This document shows positions 11,825 through 21,139 of a stretch of 64,000 bases of DNA, one piece after another. Under the pieces are notes generated by a model that saw only the letters and a list, made by a program, of their open reading frames with translations, did not search any database and was not told where the DNA came from. The stretch spans positions 16,642 through 80,641 of the forward strand of contig CAVUVT010000007.1 of the NCBI GenBank assembly GCA_963744965.1, written 5' to 3'. The stretch comes from an uncultured Verrucomicrobiae bacterium (GTDB lineage Bacteria > Verrucomicrobiota > Verrucomicrobiia > Limisphaerales > UBA11358). The first letter of the stretch is position 1. Each line of letters begins with the position of its first letter. The translations under genes and the position numbers were made by a program.

Positions 11825-13555
11825 TTATTTCAACGGCAAAGTGACGCGAATGGTTGTACCGGAGCCAAGTTGCGACTTGATTCGGACATCCCCGTGATGT
11901 GTTTCGATAATGCGGCCAACGATGGCCAAACCCAATCCTGTTCCCTCGGCCTTTGTGGTGCTTAATACTGCTGTGAATGCGCGTTCTTGAATTTCCTTGC
12001 TCATGCCGCCACCAGTGTCCTTGAACTCCACGGTGACGTGCGTTGCACGCGGATTGCTCCGCGGCAAACGAATGGCTTTGGACTTGACCGTGAGTGTCCC
12101 TCCTCCTGGCATAGCCCCGGCGGCATTAAGGATTAAATTCAAAAACACCTGTTCCAGTTGCGGCGCGTCACCCATCACGACCGGTAAATCCGGCTGCAAT
12201 TGGCGGACCAGCCGGATGTTCTGATTCGCCAGCTTGTGCCGCACAAGCAACCCAAGTTCATCCACCAACTCATTCAAATTCACCGGCACGAGCTTGGGCT
12301 CGGTTGTGCGCGCAAACGCGAGAATCTGCTCGACAATCTTGTTTAGGTGTTCGATTTTCGCGTCAATGATCCGGGCGTCCTTCGCGCGCGGGTCGCCGTC
12401 CGGGAACTTCAAATCCAGTGAATGATACAGCAGCTTCATCACCGTGAGCGGATTGCGGATTTCGTGTGCCACCTCGGCGGCCAAAAGGCCGAGCGCGGAG
12501 AGTTTTTCATTCTGCCGCAACTGTTCCTCAACGTCCACGACGCGCTCATAAAGCCGCGCCTTTTCTATCGCAATCGCCGACAACTCGGCCAGCGCGCTTA
12601 AAATGCTGATTTCCTCGTTGGAAAAGCTATACGGACGGCCCGTGTAGATGCTCAACGCTCCGATCGCCTGGCCGGCGAAGATCAGCGGCACGCTCAACAG
12701 CGAAACCAAGCCTTCGCGCCGCGCGACTTCGACGTGCTGATAACGGCTTGACTCCTGGACATTGGCGACCTGCATCGGTTTTTTGCGGCGGACCACGACG
12801 CCGAGCAGGCTGTCGCCGACGGCCAATCGTGGTTTGTTGATGTAGGCTTTGCCTGCACCGTAGCTGGCGCGCAAATCGAGCCATTCGCGGCTTTCGTCCA
12901 GCATCATCAGCGAACACGTCCGGGCGCCCATCAACACACCCGCTTCACGTGTGATGGCTTGTAACGCTTCATCGAGATTCAACGTGGAATTGATCGTCCG
13001 GCTCACACTGGCAAGGGATTCGAACAAATGCGCCTTCAGTCGCAATTGCTCATAGAGCCAGGTGTTTTGAATCACCTTGGCTGCTTGCACCGCCAGTTCC
13101 TGGAGCAATTCCTGATCTTCCGTGCTGAAGGCGTCCGCACGATCCGAATCCATGTTGAGCACGCCGCGCGTTTCCCCGTTCACTTCCAGCGGCACGGCCA
13201 GTTCCGACCGCACACCGCGACGCGCCATCACGTAGCGCGGGTCCTGCGTCACGTCGCCGACGCGCGCGGGCTTGCCGGTGCGCGCAACCCAGCCGGTGAT
13301 GCCTTCCCCAACGCGCAATTTGAGCCGCGCCGCCGCCGCCGGCAGGTTTTGCGACGCGTGGATTTCCAGAAAGCCCGATGTGGGGTTGATCAAGACCACC
13401 GAACCGCTCGACGCGTGTATCAGCCGCACCGCTTCGCTTACGATCAATTGCAGCGCTTTTTGGGGTTCAAGCGTGGAATGAATGACATTGCTCACTTGAT
13501 AGAGCAATTGCAGTCGCTCGTAACGCGACATCCGTCTGGAATGCTTGTTACTCAC
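11825..13555 (-). CDS. Two-GAF sensor histidine kinase
   Basis: Two GAF-like domains, H-box AHEIRNPL, N-box NLILNA, DTGGG, GTGLGL. Confidence 0.9.
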   Translation of the reverse strand: MSNKHSRRMSRYERLQLLYQVSNVIHSTLEPQKALQLIVSEAVRLIHASSGSVVLINPTSGFLEIHASQNLPAAAARLKLRVGEGITGWVARTGKPARVGDVTQDPRYVMARRGVRSELAVPLEVNGETRGVLNMDSDRADAFSTEDQELLQELAVQAAKVIQNTWLYEQLRLKAHLFESLASVSRTINSTLNLDEALQAITREAGVLMGARTCSLMMLDESREWLDLRASYGAGKAYINKPRLAVGDSLLGVVVRRKKPMQVANVQESSRYQHVEVARREGLVSLLSVPLIFAGQAIGALSIYTGRPYSFSNEEISILSALAELSAIAIEKARLYERVVDVEEQLRQNEKLSALGLLAAEVAHEIRNPLTVMKLLYHSLDLKFPDGDPRAKDARIIDAKIEHLNKIVEQILAFARTTEPKLVPVNLNELVDELGLLVRHKLANQNIRLVRQLQPDLPVVMGDAPQLEQVFLNLILNAAGAMPGGGTLTVKSKAIRLPRSNPRATHVTVEFKDTGGGMSKEIQERAFTAVLSTTKAEGTGLGLAIVGRIIETHHGDVRIKSQLGSGTTIRVTLPLK

Positions 13556-13570
13556 AATTGAAACTCAAGT

Positions 13571-14692
13571 TCATCTCACTCGCGCCGTCAGCACCAGGCC
13601 CGTCGTTCCAAAAATCATGTTAGGCAGCCAGGCCGCCAGCCATGCGGGCAGATGGCCGGCGGAACCCAGCGCGAGGCTCACCTGCTGGATTATAAAATAG
13701 GCGAAGCAAATGAAAATGCTGCCGGCCACGCCGACGAAAAGATTCCGGCGTCCCGAAGCCGCGCCAAACGGAATGGCGATGAGCACCACTACCAGACAGG
13801 TCCAAGGCGCGGCCAATCGCCCGTGGAATTTGGTGAGCAGCCAACTTGCATCCGCCCGCGGCAAATTCGGATTTAGCCGCAAATGATGGTAAATGACTTT
13901 GAGCGGAATATCCGCCCGGCGGGAATTGCGGAGGCTCCGATAGCCGCTGATTTTTATCTCGTCCTCAATTTCCGCCGGTTTTTCGGTGAATTCCGGCATC
14001 GCCAGCGCATTTGTTTGAAATGACGGCAACAGTGGTGCGCCTGCGTCCGTTTGCGAGTATTCCGCCGCGTTGAAAAAAATCCAGACGCCAGCGATGCGGA
14101 TCGCGCGGTCGGCATACAAGCGGTGGCTCGAACCGTCGGGCAACGTCCAGTTCACCTGCGGTTTCAGCATCTCGGAGGTTTTTACGCGATATTCGGCAAT
14201 AAACCATGTGCGATGATCGCGCGCATTGGTGAAGCCGAAGTTGCGGAATTCGTTCTGCGTTGCAGCATCGCCGGGCTTTTGCACATGGCGTTCCAATATT
14301 CGTTCCGCCCAATTCGCACTGCGCGGCACGCACCATTCATTCAACCAGAACAAAACCATGCTCGCAGCCAAACCCACGACCAGATAGGGCACGCACAAGC
14401 GCCACAAACTCACGCCCGCCGCGCGCATGGCGGTGATTTCGTTGTGGCGCGCGTGATTCGTAAGCGTGTAAAGCAACGCGAGCAGCAGCACTACCGGCAA
14501 TATCGTCACCAAAAATTCCGGCGCCATGGCAACGGAATACTCGATGACTTCGAGCAAATTCAATTGGCGTTCCTGCATTTCCTGCAATTCGGCAAACAAG
14601 TCGTACGTAATCCAGAAAATCAGAAAACCGCCGAGGCAATACGCCAGCGGCGTGAGCAGTTCGCGGAACAGATATCGGTCGAGCAACCGCAT
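13571..14692 (-). CDS. lptG: LptF/LptG family LPS export permease
   Basis: MRLLDRYLFRE, NEITAMRAAGVS, C-terminal LAAWLPN; six TM segments with a periplasmic domain. Confidence 0.8.
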   Translation of the reverse strand: MRLLDRYLFRELLTPLAYCLGGFLIFWITYDLFAELQEMQERQLNLLEVIEYSVAMAPEFLVTILPVVLLLALLYTLTNHARHNEITAMRAAGVSLWRLCVPYLVVGLAASMVLFWLNEWCVPRSANWAERILERHVQKPGDAATQNEFRNFGFTNARDHRTWFIAEYRVKTSEMLKPQVNWTLPDGSSHRLYADRAIRIAGVWIFFNAAEYSQTDAGAPLLPSFQTNALAMPEFTEKPAEIEDEIKISGYRSLRNSRRADIPLKVIYHHLRLNPNLPRADASWLLTKFHGRLAAPWTCLVVVLIAIPFGAASGRRNLFVGVAGSIFICFAYFIIQQVSLALGSAGHLPAWLAAWLPNMIFGTTGLVLTARVR

Positions 14693-14875
14693 TGTGTGGT
14701 CAGAGTAAGCGGGGCGAGTCGTCTGGAGCAAGTTTTGTCGTCAGCGCAAAACTGATCCGCCGGATGAAGCTCAAGGCGTGTCGCTGGTTTTCGCCCGCCG
14801 GCGCGCTCCAGCGCGTCAGCCCCCTCCGTTCTGGCTCGCCGAGCCGTAGCTTCGCAGTAAAGCGGAGTGCGAGGC

Positions 14876-14935
14876 TGGTGGGTTGGCCGGGACTCGAACC
14901 CGGGACCAACCCCGAAAGCTTTCGGGGCTGCTCTA
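14876..14935 (-). repeat. tRNA-Lys-derived copy: 35 bp identical to the tRNA 3' end, anticodon arm replaced by a palindrome
   Basis: 14876-14910 equals 15196-15230, then CCCGAAAGCTTTCGGG, then GCTGCTCTA resumes the tRNA sequence. Confidence 0.85.
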
Positions 14936-15184
14936 ATGCAACCAGCTTTGCAGTATTGCCAATGCCAGTTGTGGGTTCTTTTTGCGCTTCATCTCCCGTT
15001 CCAAGGCACATGCCTCGGCCAAAGCAGCCAGTTCCACTGCCGCTACGATTTCCAGGTTGCCACCCAATCGTTTCGTCGAGTGCGTTTGGCCACGCCGGTG
15101 TTCTTCAAGCCGGCGCTCCAGATTGGTTGTTGAGCCAATGTAATGTCGCCCGGAATCACCGCGCAGAATGTAAGCCCAGGCCAT
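14933..15184 (-). CDS. Small GIY-YIG nuclease family protein
   Basis: MAWAYILRGDSGRHYIGSTTNLERRLEEH...ALEREMK: Y..YIG, catalytic R and E pattern. Confidence 0.85.
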   Translation of the reverse strand: MAWAYILRGDSGRHYIGSTTNLERRLEEHRRGQTHSTKRLGGNLEIVAAVELAALAEACALEREMKRKKNPQLALAILQSWLH

Positions 15185-15195
15185 TTTCTTAAAAG

Positions 15196-15271
15196 TGGTG
15201 GGTTGGCCGGGACTCGAACCCGGGACCAACGGCTTAAAAGGCCGCTGCTCTACCGACTGAGCTACCAACCC
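15196..15271 (-). tRNA. tRNA-Lys(TTT)
   Basis: GGGTTGGTAGCTCAGTCGGTAGAGCAGCGGCCTTTTAAGCCGTTGGTCCCGGGTTCGAGTCCCGGCCAACCCACCA. Confidence 0.96.
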
Positions 15272-15296
15272 ACAAAATTAATCATCCGTCAAAAAT

Positions 15297-15363
15297 GGGG
15301 TTTTAACCCCCGCACCAACCCCTGATCCTTTCGGAGCTGCCCTACCCGTTGAACTGCCAGCCC
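15297..15363 (-). repeat. Degenerate second tRNA-Lys-like copy
   Basis: ACCAAC-CCCTGATCCTTTCGGA-GCTGCCCTACCCGTTGAACTGCCAGCCC aligns with tRNA ACCAAC...GCTGCTCTACCGACTGAGCTACCAACCC. Confidence 0.55.
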
Positions 15364-15513
15364 GCCAAGGTGCCAAAGGTTATCATCCTAAAACAGTCGC
15401 CATGTCACGCAAGGTTTTTCGCGATGAATTAAGGCCGAAAAGGCTGCCGGCCGCGTTCTGGCTTCCGGATCATTCAGTTTTTGTGATTTGTCTTTTTGAC
15501 CGCACGGGTTAAA

Positions 15514-16385
15514 GTGATTTCATCAAAACTGCCACTTGCGTAAAATTCTGGGGCGTGCGCGGCTCGATTCCGACGCCGGGCCCGACAACCGTGCGCTATG
15601 GCGGCAACACGTCCTGCGTCGAAGTGCGCGGCGGCGGAGAAATCATCCTCTTCGATGCGGGCACGGGGCTGCGTGCGCTGGGCCGTTCGCTGCTGTCGGA
15701 ATTCAAGGATCAGCCGCTGAATCTGACCCTGCTGCTGACGCACACGCATTGGGACCACATTCAAGGCCTGCCGTTTTTTGGGCCGATTTACAATTCCCGC
15801 TGCCGGTTGCGAATTTTGGGCTGCGAAGGCACGCGCAAAGGTCTGGTCAATGCACTGACCGGACAGATGGAAAGCACTTACTTTCCCGTGCCGTTCAACA
15901 AACTGCCGAGCAACATCGAAATCGAGGAACTCAAGGATTTCAACTTCAACATCGGCTCGGTGCGCGTGCGGGCAATGCGTGCCAATCATCCGGGCCTTTG
16001 CGTCGGCTACCGGCTGCTCTCGTCCGGCCGCTTGATCGCCTTCTTCCCCGACGCCGAGCCGCGCACGGGCGGCAAGGACCGGGAAATGATTGACTTCCTG
16101 CACGACGTGGATTTGTTGATTCTCGATTCGCAATACGATGCCAGGGAATACCAAGAGCACCTCGGCTGGGGACACGGTTGCGTGGATGACTCGGTCACGC
16201 TCGCCATGCAAGCCGGGGTCAAACAGCTCTCCCTATTCCACCACGACCCGGACCACGACGACAAGCGGATTGACAAGATGGTCCAGCATGCACGCCGGCT
16301 TGTGGCCAAACAAAGGGGGAAATTGCATGTGGATGCCGCGCGCGAGGGGGTGACGCTTGAACTGGCCAAAAAATCCGGACGCTGA
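15514..16385 (+). CDS. MBL-fold metallo-hydrolase (phosphodiesterase-like); start region appears frameshifted
   Basis: VKFWGVRGSIPTPG, YGGNTSC, DAGTG, THTHWDHIQG, HHDP; conserved N-terminus lies upstream of GTG 15555; GTG 15514 is in frame if one A is added to the run at 15525-15528. Confidence 0.85.
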
Positions 16386-16547
16386 TTTTGCGGTCTTTGC
16401 CACTCGGTGCCAGCAGGGAATTCAGTTTCAACAAACAGTGTGCGGGACAGAAACTTAAATGCAAAACACACTTACAAAACCCTGAAAAGGATAGGCTGCA
16501 GAACGAGCCGCCGAATATCTGTTTGACGGCATCCGACGCGCACTGAT

Positions 16548-16961
16548 ATGGCCACGCCCGAACAAATTGTTTGCGAGGTTTGCCACGAACGACCTGCGAC
16601 TCATCACGTTTGTGACGCTAATACGGGAACGAGCCGCGACCTATGTGCCGAGTGCTTTGAGCCATCAGCGTCGCCCGAAGTACGCCAGTTCAGAGCCGCA
16701 GTGCGTGACGCGCACTGTCAGTATTGCGGCGGGCAGCCTTGCGCTGGCGGCACTGATATTCTCGCACTGGTGACGGGCGTTCAGAAATTAAAGTTTATGT
16801 GTATGCCGTGTTCGATGGAGCATAACCGATACATTCGGCAGCAGATGCAGAGGGATGTTTCCGGATTGTCTCAGCATCAGCAGTTGGCGCTCCTTCGGAA
16901 GCTCGACGCGGAAGCAGACCAGCACATGAAGCAATGGGTTTCAGAGAGAGGTTCACATTGA
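16548..16961 (+). CDS. Hypothetical Cys-rich, probably Zn-binding protein
   Basis: CEVC..RPATHH..LCAEC (like the McsA N-terminus), CQYC, CMPC. Confidence 0.6.
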   Translation: MATPEQIVCEVCHERPATHHVCDANTGTSRDLCAECFEPSASPEVRQFRAAVRDAHCQYCGGQPCAGGTDILALVTGVQKLKFMCMPCSMEHNRYIRQQMQRDVSGLSQHQQLALLRKLDAEADQHMKQWVSERGSH

Positions 16962-17033
16962 AGCCGTCTAATATGAGGATAGGCTGCAAATTGCCTTCGG
17001 CTACGGCGCGATGAGCGCACGACATTTTTCATT

Positions 17034-17101
17034 TGTAGGAGTCGAGGTGACAAAACTCTAATTTCAAATTTTATTCAGAACCTCCTTACGTCGGCTCCTA
17101 C
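17034..17101. repeat. GTAG-type REP doublet (family of 5526-5588)
   Basis: TGTAGGAGTCGAGGTGAC ... CTTACGTCGGCTCCTAC. Confidence 0.6.
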
Positions 17102-17104
17102 CGA

Positions 17105-17872
17105 TCAAATCGGTCTCTCGCCGTAGTTGATGGCCATCGCGCCGCCGAGCAAATTGATGACGCGCACATTCACCAGCTTCGATTCACGCATTTTTTCCGC
17201 GACCCCCTCTTGCGCCGGATAATGCTTGAGCGATTCGAGAATGTAGGCATAGGCGTCCGCGTTACCGCAGAACAATCGGCCGATGAGCGGCACGGAGCAG
17301 CGCAAATGGCCGAAATAAATTGCGCGCCAAAGGGCGTTCGCCGGTTTGCCAAAATCCAGCACCACCAGCCGTCCGCCCGGCTTGGCCACACGGCGCATTT
17401 CTTCCAGACCTTTTTCCCAGCTCGCCAGATTCCGCAAACCGTAACCGACGGTGACAATGTCGAATGATGCATCGGGAAATGGAATTTGCTGCGCGTCGCC
17501 CTGAATGAATTGCGGATTGCGGACACCAACTTTCGTCGCGTGCTCGCGATTTATCGGAGTTGCGGATTGCGGATTTTTTTCCCGTCGCCGGGTTTCAGCT
17601 ATCTCAAGCATAGCCGTGCTGAAGTCGAGACTGGTGACTTCCGCGCCGTTGCGCGCGAGGGCAAAGGCGATGTCACCGGTGCCACAGCACAAATCAAGCG
17701 CCCGATTGCCGGATCGAACGGCGGCGAGTTCGACGACCCGGCGTTTCCAGCGCCGGTGCAGGCCGAAGCTTTGGAGGTCGTTGAGCAAGTCGTATCGCCG
17801 CGCGATGGCGGTAAAAAGGTCGTTGACCTTTGCCGCGCGTTGTTCGCCGGGAGTGTAGAAACCGTTGCTCAC
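17105..17872 (-). CDS. ubiE: UbiE/MenG family quinone methyltransferase
   Basis: YDLLNDLQSFGLHRRWK, LDLCCGTGD, GYGLRN, RVAKPGG, AYAYILESL. Confidence 0.88.
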   Translation of the reverse strand: MSNGFYTPGEQRAAKVNDLFTAIARRYDLLNDLQSFGLHRRWKRRVVELAAVRSGNRALDLCCGTGDIAFALARNGAEVTSLDFSTAMLEIAETRRREKNPQSATPINREHATKVGVRNPQFIQGDAQQIPFPDASFDIVTVGYGLRNLASWEKGLEEMRRVAKPGGRLVVLDFGKPANALWRAIYFGHLRCSVPLIGRLFCGNADAYAYILESLKHYPAQEGVAEKMRESKLVNVRVINLLGGAMAINYGERPI

Positions 17873-18008
17873 GCGGGCAGTTTAGCACATTGGCGGGCGC
17901 AAAAACCATAAATGCGTCAAATAGCTTTGCGCCAGCGGAAGCGTCTGGTAAGTTGGCATAAAATTGGCTGTCAGAAAGATACGAATCATTGCACAGCCGT
18001 AGAAAATT

Positions 18009-18434
18009 ATGAACGCCGAAAAATCGGCAGCGCCGAAAAAGAAAATCCTGGTGGTGGATGACAACGAAATCATCCTCAAGACGGTTACCTTGAAGCTGCA
18101 AGGTTGCGGTTATCAAGTTATCACCGCGCTGGACGGCTCCGAGGCCGTTGCCGCCGCGCGCAAGGAAACTCCCGATTTGATTCTGCTGGACATCAACTTT
18201 CCGCCGGACGTGGACGGCGTGCCGTGGGACGGTTTTCGCATCATGGATTGGTTTCACCGCCTGGACCCGGCAAAAAAAATCCCCATCATCATCATCACCG
18301 GCCTTGAAGATATGAAAAACAAGGAGCGTGCCACCTCCAGTGGCGCGGTGGCGTTTTTCAACAAGCCCATCAACCACGACGACCTGCTCAAGGTGGTTCG
18401 TGCGACGTTGGGTGGTTCGGACAAGTCAGCCTAA
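18009..18434 (+). CDS. Single-domain response regulator
   Basis: ILVVDD, DLILLD, IIITG, FNKP. Confidence 0.9.
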   Translation: MNAEKSAAPKKKILVVDDNEIILKTVTLKLQGCGYQVITALDGSEAVAAARKETPDLILLDINFPPDVDGVPWDGFRIMDWFHRLDPAKKIPIIIITGLEDMKNKERATSSGAVAFFNKPINHDDLLKVVRATLGGSDKSA

Positions 18435-18484
18435 AATCGGGCTTGTAATTCTGGCGGGTTTGCCTAGCCTCTTTTTTCCTGGAA

Positions 18485-18561
18485 GCGAGCGTAGCTCAGC
18501 CTGGTAGAGCATCACGTTGCCAACGTGAGTGTCGAGGGTTCGAATCCCTTCGCTCGCTCCA
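18485..18561 (+). tRNA. tRNA-Gly(GCC)
   Basis: GCGAGCG/CGCTCGC acceptor, TCACG-TTGCCAA-CGTGA anticodon arm, GGTTCGAATCC, CCA. Confidence 0.96.
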
Positions 18562-18648
18562 ATTTTCATGCGGTTCTGGCATGAAATTTCATTCGTTTCT
18601 GGCACGAAACCCGCTGGCTATCCCCCAAACATAAACGATTATTTCATC

Positions 18649-18903
18649 ATGGCCCAACCTACCAAACCCGTCAACCTGAGCCTGGAGCAAATCGCCGAGT
18701 TGAACCAAAAACTCTCCACGTTGCGACACGACCTGAACAACAGTCTCTCGCTGATTGCCGCCACCGTTGCCTTGATTCGCCGCCGGCCGACGGTCACCGA
18801 ACAAATGTGGAACACACTGGCCGAACAACCCCGCAAAATCGGCGACTCTTTTTCCGAGTTCGCCCGCGAGCTGGAGGCGGCGCTCCACATCGCGCGGCCT
18901 TGA
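18649..18903 (+). CDS. Small stand-alone HisKA-like (H-box) protein
   Basis: LSTLRHDLNNSLSLI resembles a kinase H-box; no ATPase domain. Confidence 0.6.
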   Translation: MAQPTKPVNLSLEQIAELNQKLSTLRHDLNNSLSLIAATVALIRRRPTVTEQMWNTLAEQPRKIGDSFSEFARELEAALHIARP

Positions 18904-18967
18904 CCGGCCGGATTCTATCCGGCTTTTCACTTTGGCCGGGACCGGTTTTTTGGCAGACTCGCGCGCG

Positions 18968-19543
18968 ATGGAACCAACCGAAGCGGATCTGATTGCCGCA
19001 GTGTTGCGAGGCGATGCCGCCAGTTTCGAACCGCTGGTACAAAGGTATTCGCCGCGTGTCTTTGCCACTGCCCGCCGTTATGCGCGCCGCGAAAGCGAAG
19101 TCGAGGACATCTCGCAGGAAGTCTGGCTCAAGGCGTTTGAAAAACTCAAAAGTTTCCGCGGTGAGGCTCCGTTTGAACACTGGCTCATGCGGCTGACGGT
19201 GCGGACGTGCTACGATTTTTTGCGCGGCCATCAGCGCAACCGCGAGTCGTCGTTTTCGGATTTGACCGAGCCGGAAAACGACTGGCTGGAGCGGTTCGTG
19301 GCGCAGCCGGAAACCGCCTCCGAAAACGCGGATGCGGCCAGGTTGCTCGTCGAGCGCATTCTGGAACGGCTTTCGCCCCAGGCGCGGCTGGTCATCACGT
19401 TGCTCGAAATCGAAGACCGTTCGGTCAAGGAAATCGCCCAACTCACCGGCTGGTCGGTGCCGCTGGTGAAAGTGCGCGCATTTCGGGCGCGGGCCGAAAT
19501 GCGAAGAATCCTCGCCAAGATGGCCATGGACAAATATTTGTAA
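18968..19543 (+). CDS. ECF sigma-70 factor
   Basis: EDISQEVWLKAF, FEHWLMR region 2; SVKEIAQLTGWSVPLVKVRAFRAR region 4. Confidence 0.92.
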   Translation: MEPTEADLIAAVLRGDAASFEPLVQRYSPRVFATARRYARRESEVEDISQEVWLKAFEKLKSFRGEAPFEHWLMRLTVRTCYDFLRGHQRNRESSFSDLTEPENDWLERFVAQPETASENADAARLLVERILERLSPQARLVITLLEIEDRSVKEIAQLTGWSVPLVKVRAFRARAEMRRILAKMAMDKYL

Positions 19544-19583
19544 CCCGACCCCGCAAGACGCCGTCTAAAAAACCGGGGTTTGT

Positions 19584-19889
19584 ATGAACATCGCTGAATT
19601 GCAAGAGAAATTGCTCGCCGCCGCCCGCGCCAACCCGCCGGGCGACCGTGTGCCGTATGCGTTTGAAAAGCGCGTGATGGCCCTGCTCGCGGCTCGCCCC
19701 GCAACCGATCCTTTGGCGTTGTGGCTGCGCGGGCTTTGGCGGGCGGCCGCGTCGTGTGTGGTAATCGCCTTGCTGCTCGGCGTGTGGGCCTTTTTCAATC
19801 CGGCGGCTTCGACCAATGCCGACGACCTTTCCCAGAATTTTGAAAACACGCTGTTGGCGTCCGTGGACCAAGGCGATCAGGCACAATGA
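19584..19889 (+). CDS. Membrane protein, putative anti-sigma factor
   Basis: Single TM; directly follows the ECF sigma gene. Confidence 0.65.
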   Translation: MNIAELQEKLLAAARANPPGDRVPYAFEKRVMALLAARPATDPLALWLRGLWRAAASCVVIALLLGVWAFFNPAASTNADDLSQNFENTLLASVDQGDQAQ

Positions 19890-20419
19890 ATTCGTGGAAA
19901 ATCATTCTGCCGATAGTGGTGATTTTTGGCGCGGGGGTTTTGACCGGCGGTTTGCTGGTCAATTACGTGGAACAACCGCACCCCAAGGATGTTCAGCATC
20001 CGCCGGACGAATTAATCCCTCATCCGCAGGCGAGTAATCGCGACCTCGACCAGCCGCGGCCGCAGGATTTGCCCATACCGCGCCTGCCGGAAATTCTCGG
20101 CAAGCAATTTGTGCAACAGCTTGACAAGACGCTTCATCTCACGCCGGAACAACGCGCCGCGATTGCCAAAATCGTCGCCGACGGCCAGGAACGCAACCGC
20201 GAGATCTGGACCAATGTCGCGCCGCAGATGCACAAGGTCCTGCAGGATGTCCGGCTGCAAATGCGCGAGCAACTCACGCCGGAACAACGGAAACAGTTTG
20301 AGGTATTGCTGAAACGATTTCGACCGGCAGGACGCCGCCCGCAATCGCCGCCCAATTCGCCGTCAGCCACCAACGAACCGCCAATGCTGGAGCCGACCAA
20401 TCCGCCACCGGGCGTTTGA
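19886..20419 (+). CDS. Exported LTxxQ-motif protein (Spy/CpxP-like)
   Basis: N-terminal TM, two LTPEQR motifs; third gene of the ECF cassette. Confidence 0.7.
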   Translation: MNSWKIILPIVVIFGAGVLTGGLLVNYVEQPHPKDVQHPPDELIPHPQASNRDLDQPRPQDLPIPRLPEILGKQFVQQLDKTLHLTPEQRAAIAKIVADGQERNREIWTNVAPQMHKVLQDVRLQMREQLTPEQRKQFEVLLKRFRPAGRRPQSPPNSPSATNEPPMLEPTNPPPGV

Positions 20420-20422
20420 TTT

Positions 20423-21139
20423 TTATTTTCCGTTCAGCAGGACGCCGATTTTTTTGCGCAGTTCCTTGGTGACCGAATCCATGGAGCGATTGGCGTCCAC
20501 GATGTTGAAGTCGTAGGTTTTTTGCAGCCGCCGGAACACGGCCTGGATCGCCGTCTGATATTTCACAAAGCTGTCGAACATGTCGCGTGACAGGCCGAGG
20601 TCCATGCCACTTTCCCAATAATCCAGCGTCGCGCTTTTGGCGAGATTGCGCTGAACCAGTTCCTCCGGTTCGACGGAAAGATAAAACACCGCGTCGGGTT
20701 CGAGCGCGATGCCATAAAGATTTTTCAGCCACGCCTCATCCATGCCGCGCACCATGTCGCGCGCCATGAGCGTGTAAATGTAGCGGTCGGCCAGCACGAT
20801 GAAACCCGCCTTGAGCGCCGGCAAAATGATGTTTTCCAACTGGTCGGCGAAATCCGTCGCGTAAAACAGGCTCAACGTCGTCCGGCTTAAAATATTTCCT
20901 TCCTGCGCCCCTTCGAGTTCGGCACTTACGAGCGTGGAGCGTTTCAAACCGACCTGCACCGTGGCATGGCCGCCGGTTTCGAGACTGTCCACCAGCCGCA
21001 CAATTTGTGTGGAGCGGCCCGAACCGTCCGCGCCTTCGACCACGATCAATCTGCCCGTGAGGTCCTCAAGCTGAACGCCGGGAATGCCATGTCCGTAAAA
21101 TCGGCGGCGTTTGTTTGTGGGTTCGGGTTTTGTATTCAT
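20423..21139 (-). CDS. Thymidylate kinase-like protein (copy 2)
   Basis: VEGADGSGRSTQ P-loop, ADRYIYT, ESGMDLGL. Confidence 0.85.
   Translation of the reverse strand: MNTKPEPTNKRRRFYGHGIPGVQLEDLTGRLIVVEGADGSGRSTQIVRLVDSLETGGHATVQVGLKRSTLVSAELEGAQEGNILSRTTLSLFYATDFADQLENIILPALKAGFIVLADRYIYTLMARDMVRGMDEAWLKNLYGIALEPDAVFYLSVEPEELVQRNLAKSATLDYWESGMDLGLSRDMFDSFVKYQTAIQAVFRRLQKTYDFNIVDANRSMDSVTKELRKKIGVLLNGK

Noticed and set aside
14876-14935. Second functional tRNA-Lys, or attR of a prophage/island
   Set aside because: The 5' acceptor strand and anticodon are missing; only about 260 bp separate the copies and there is no integrase.
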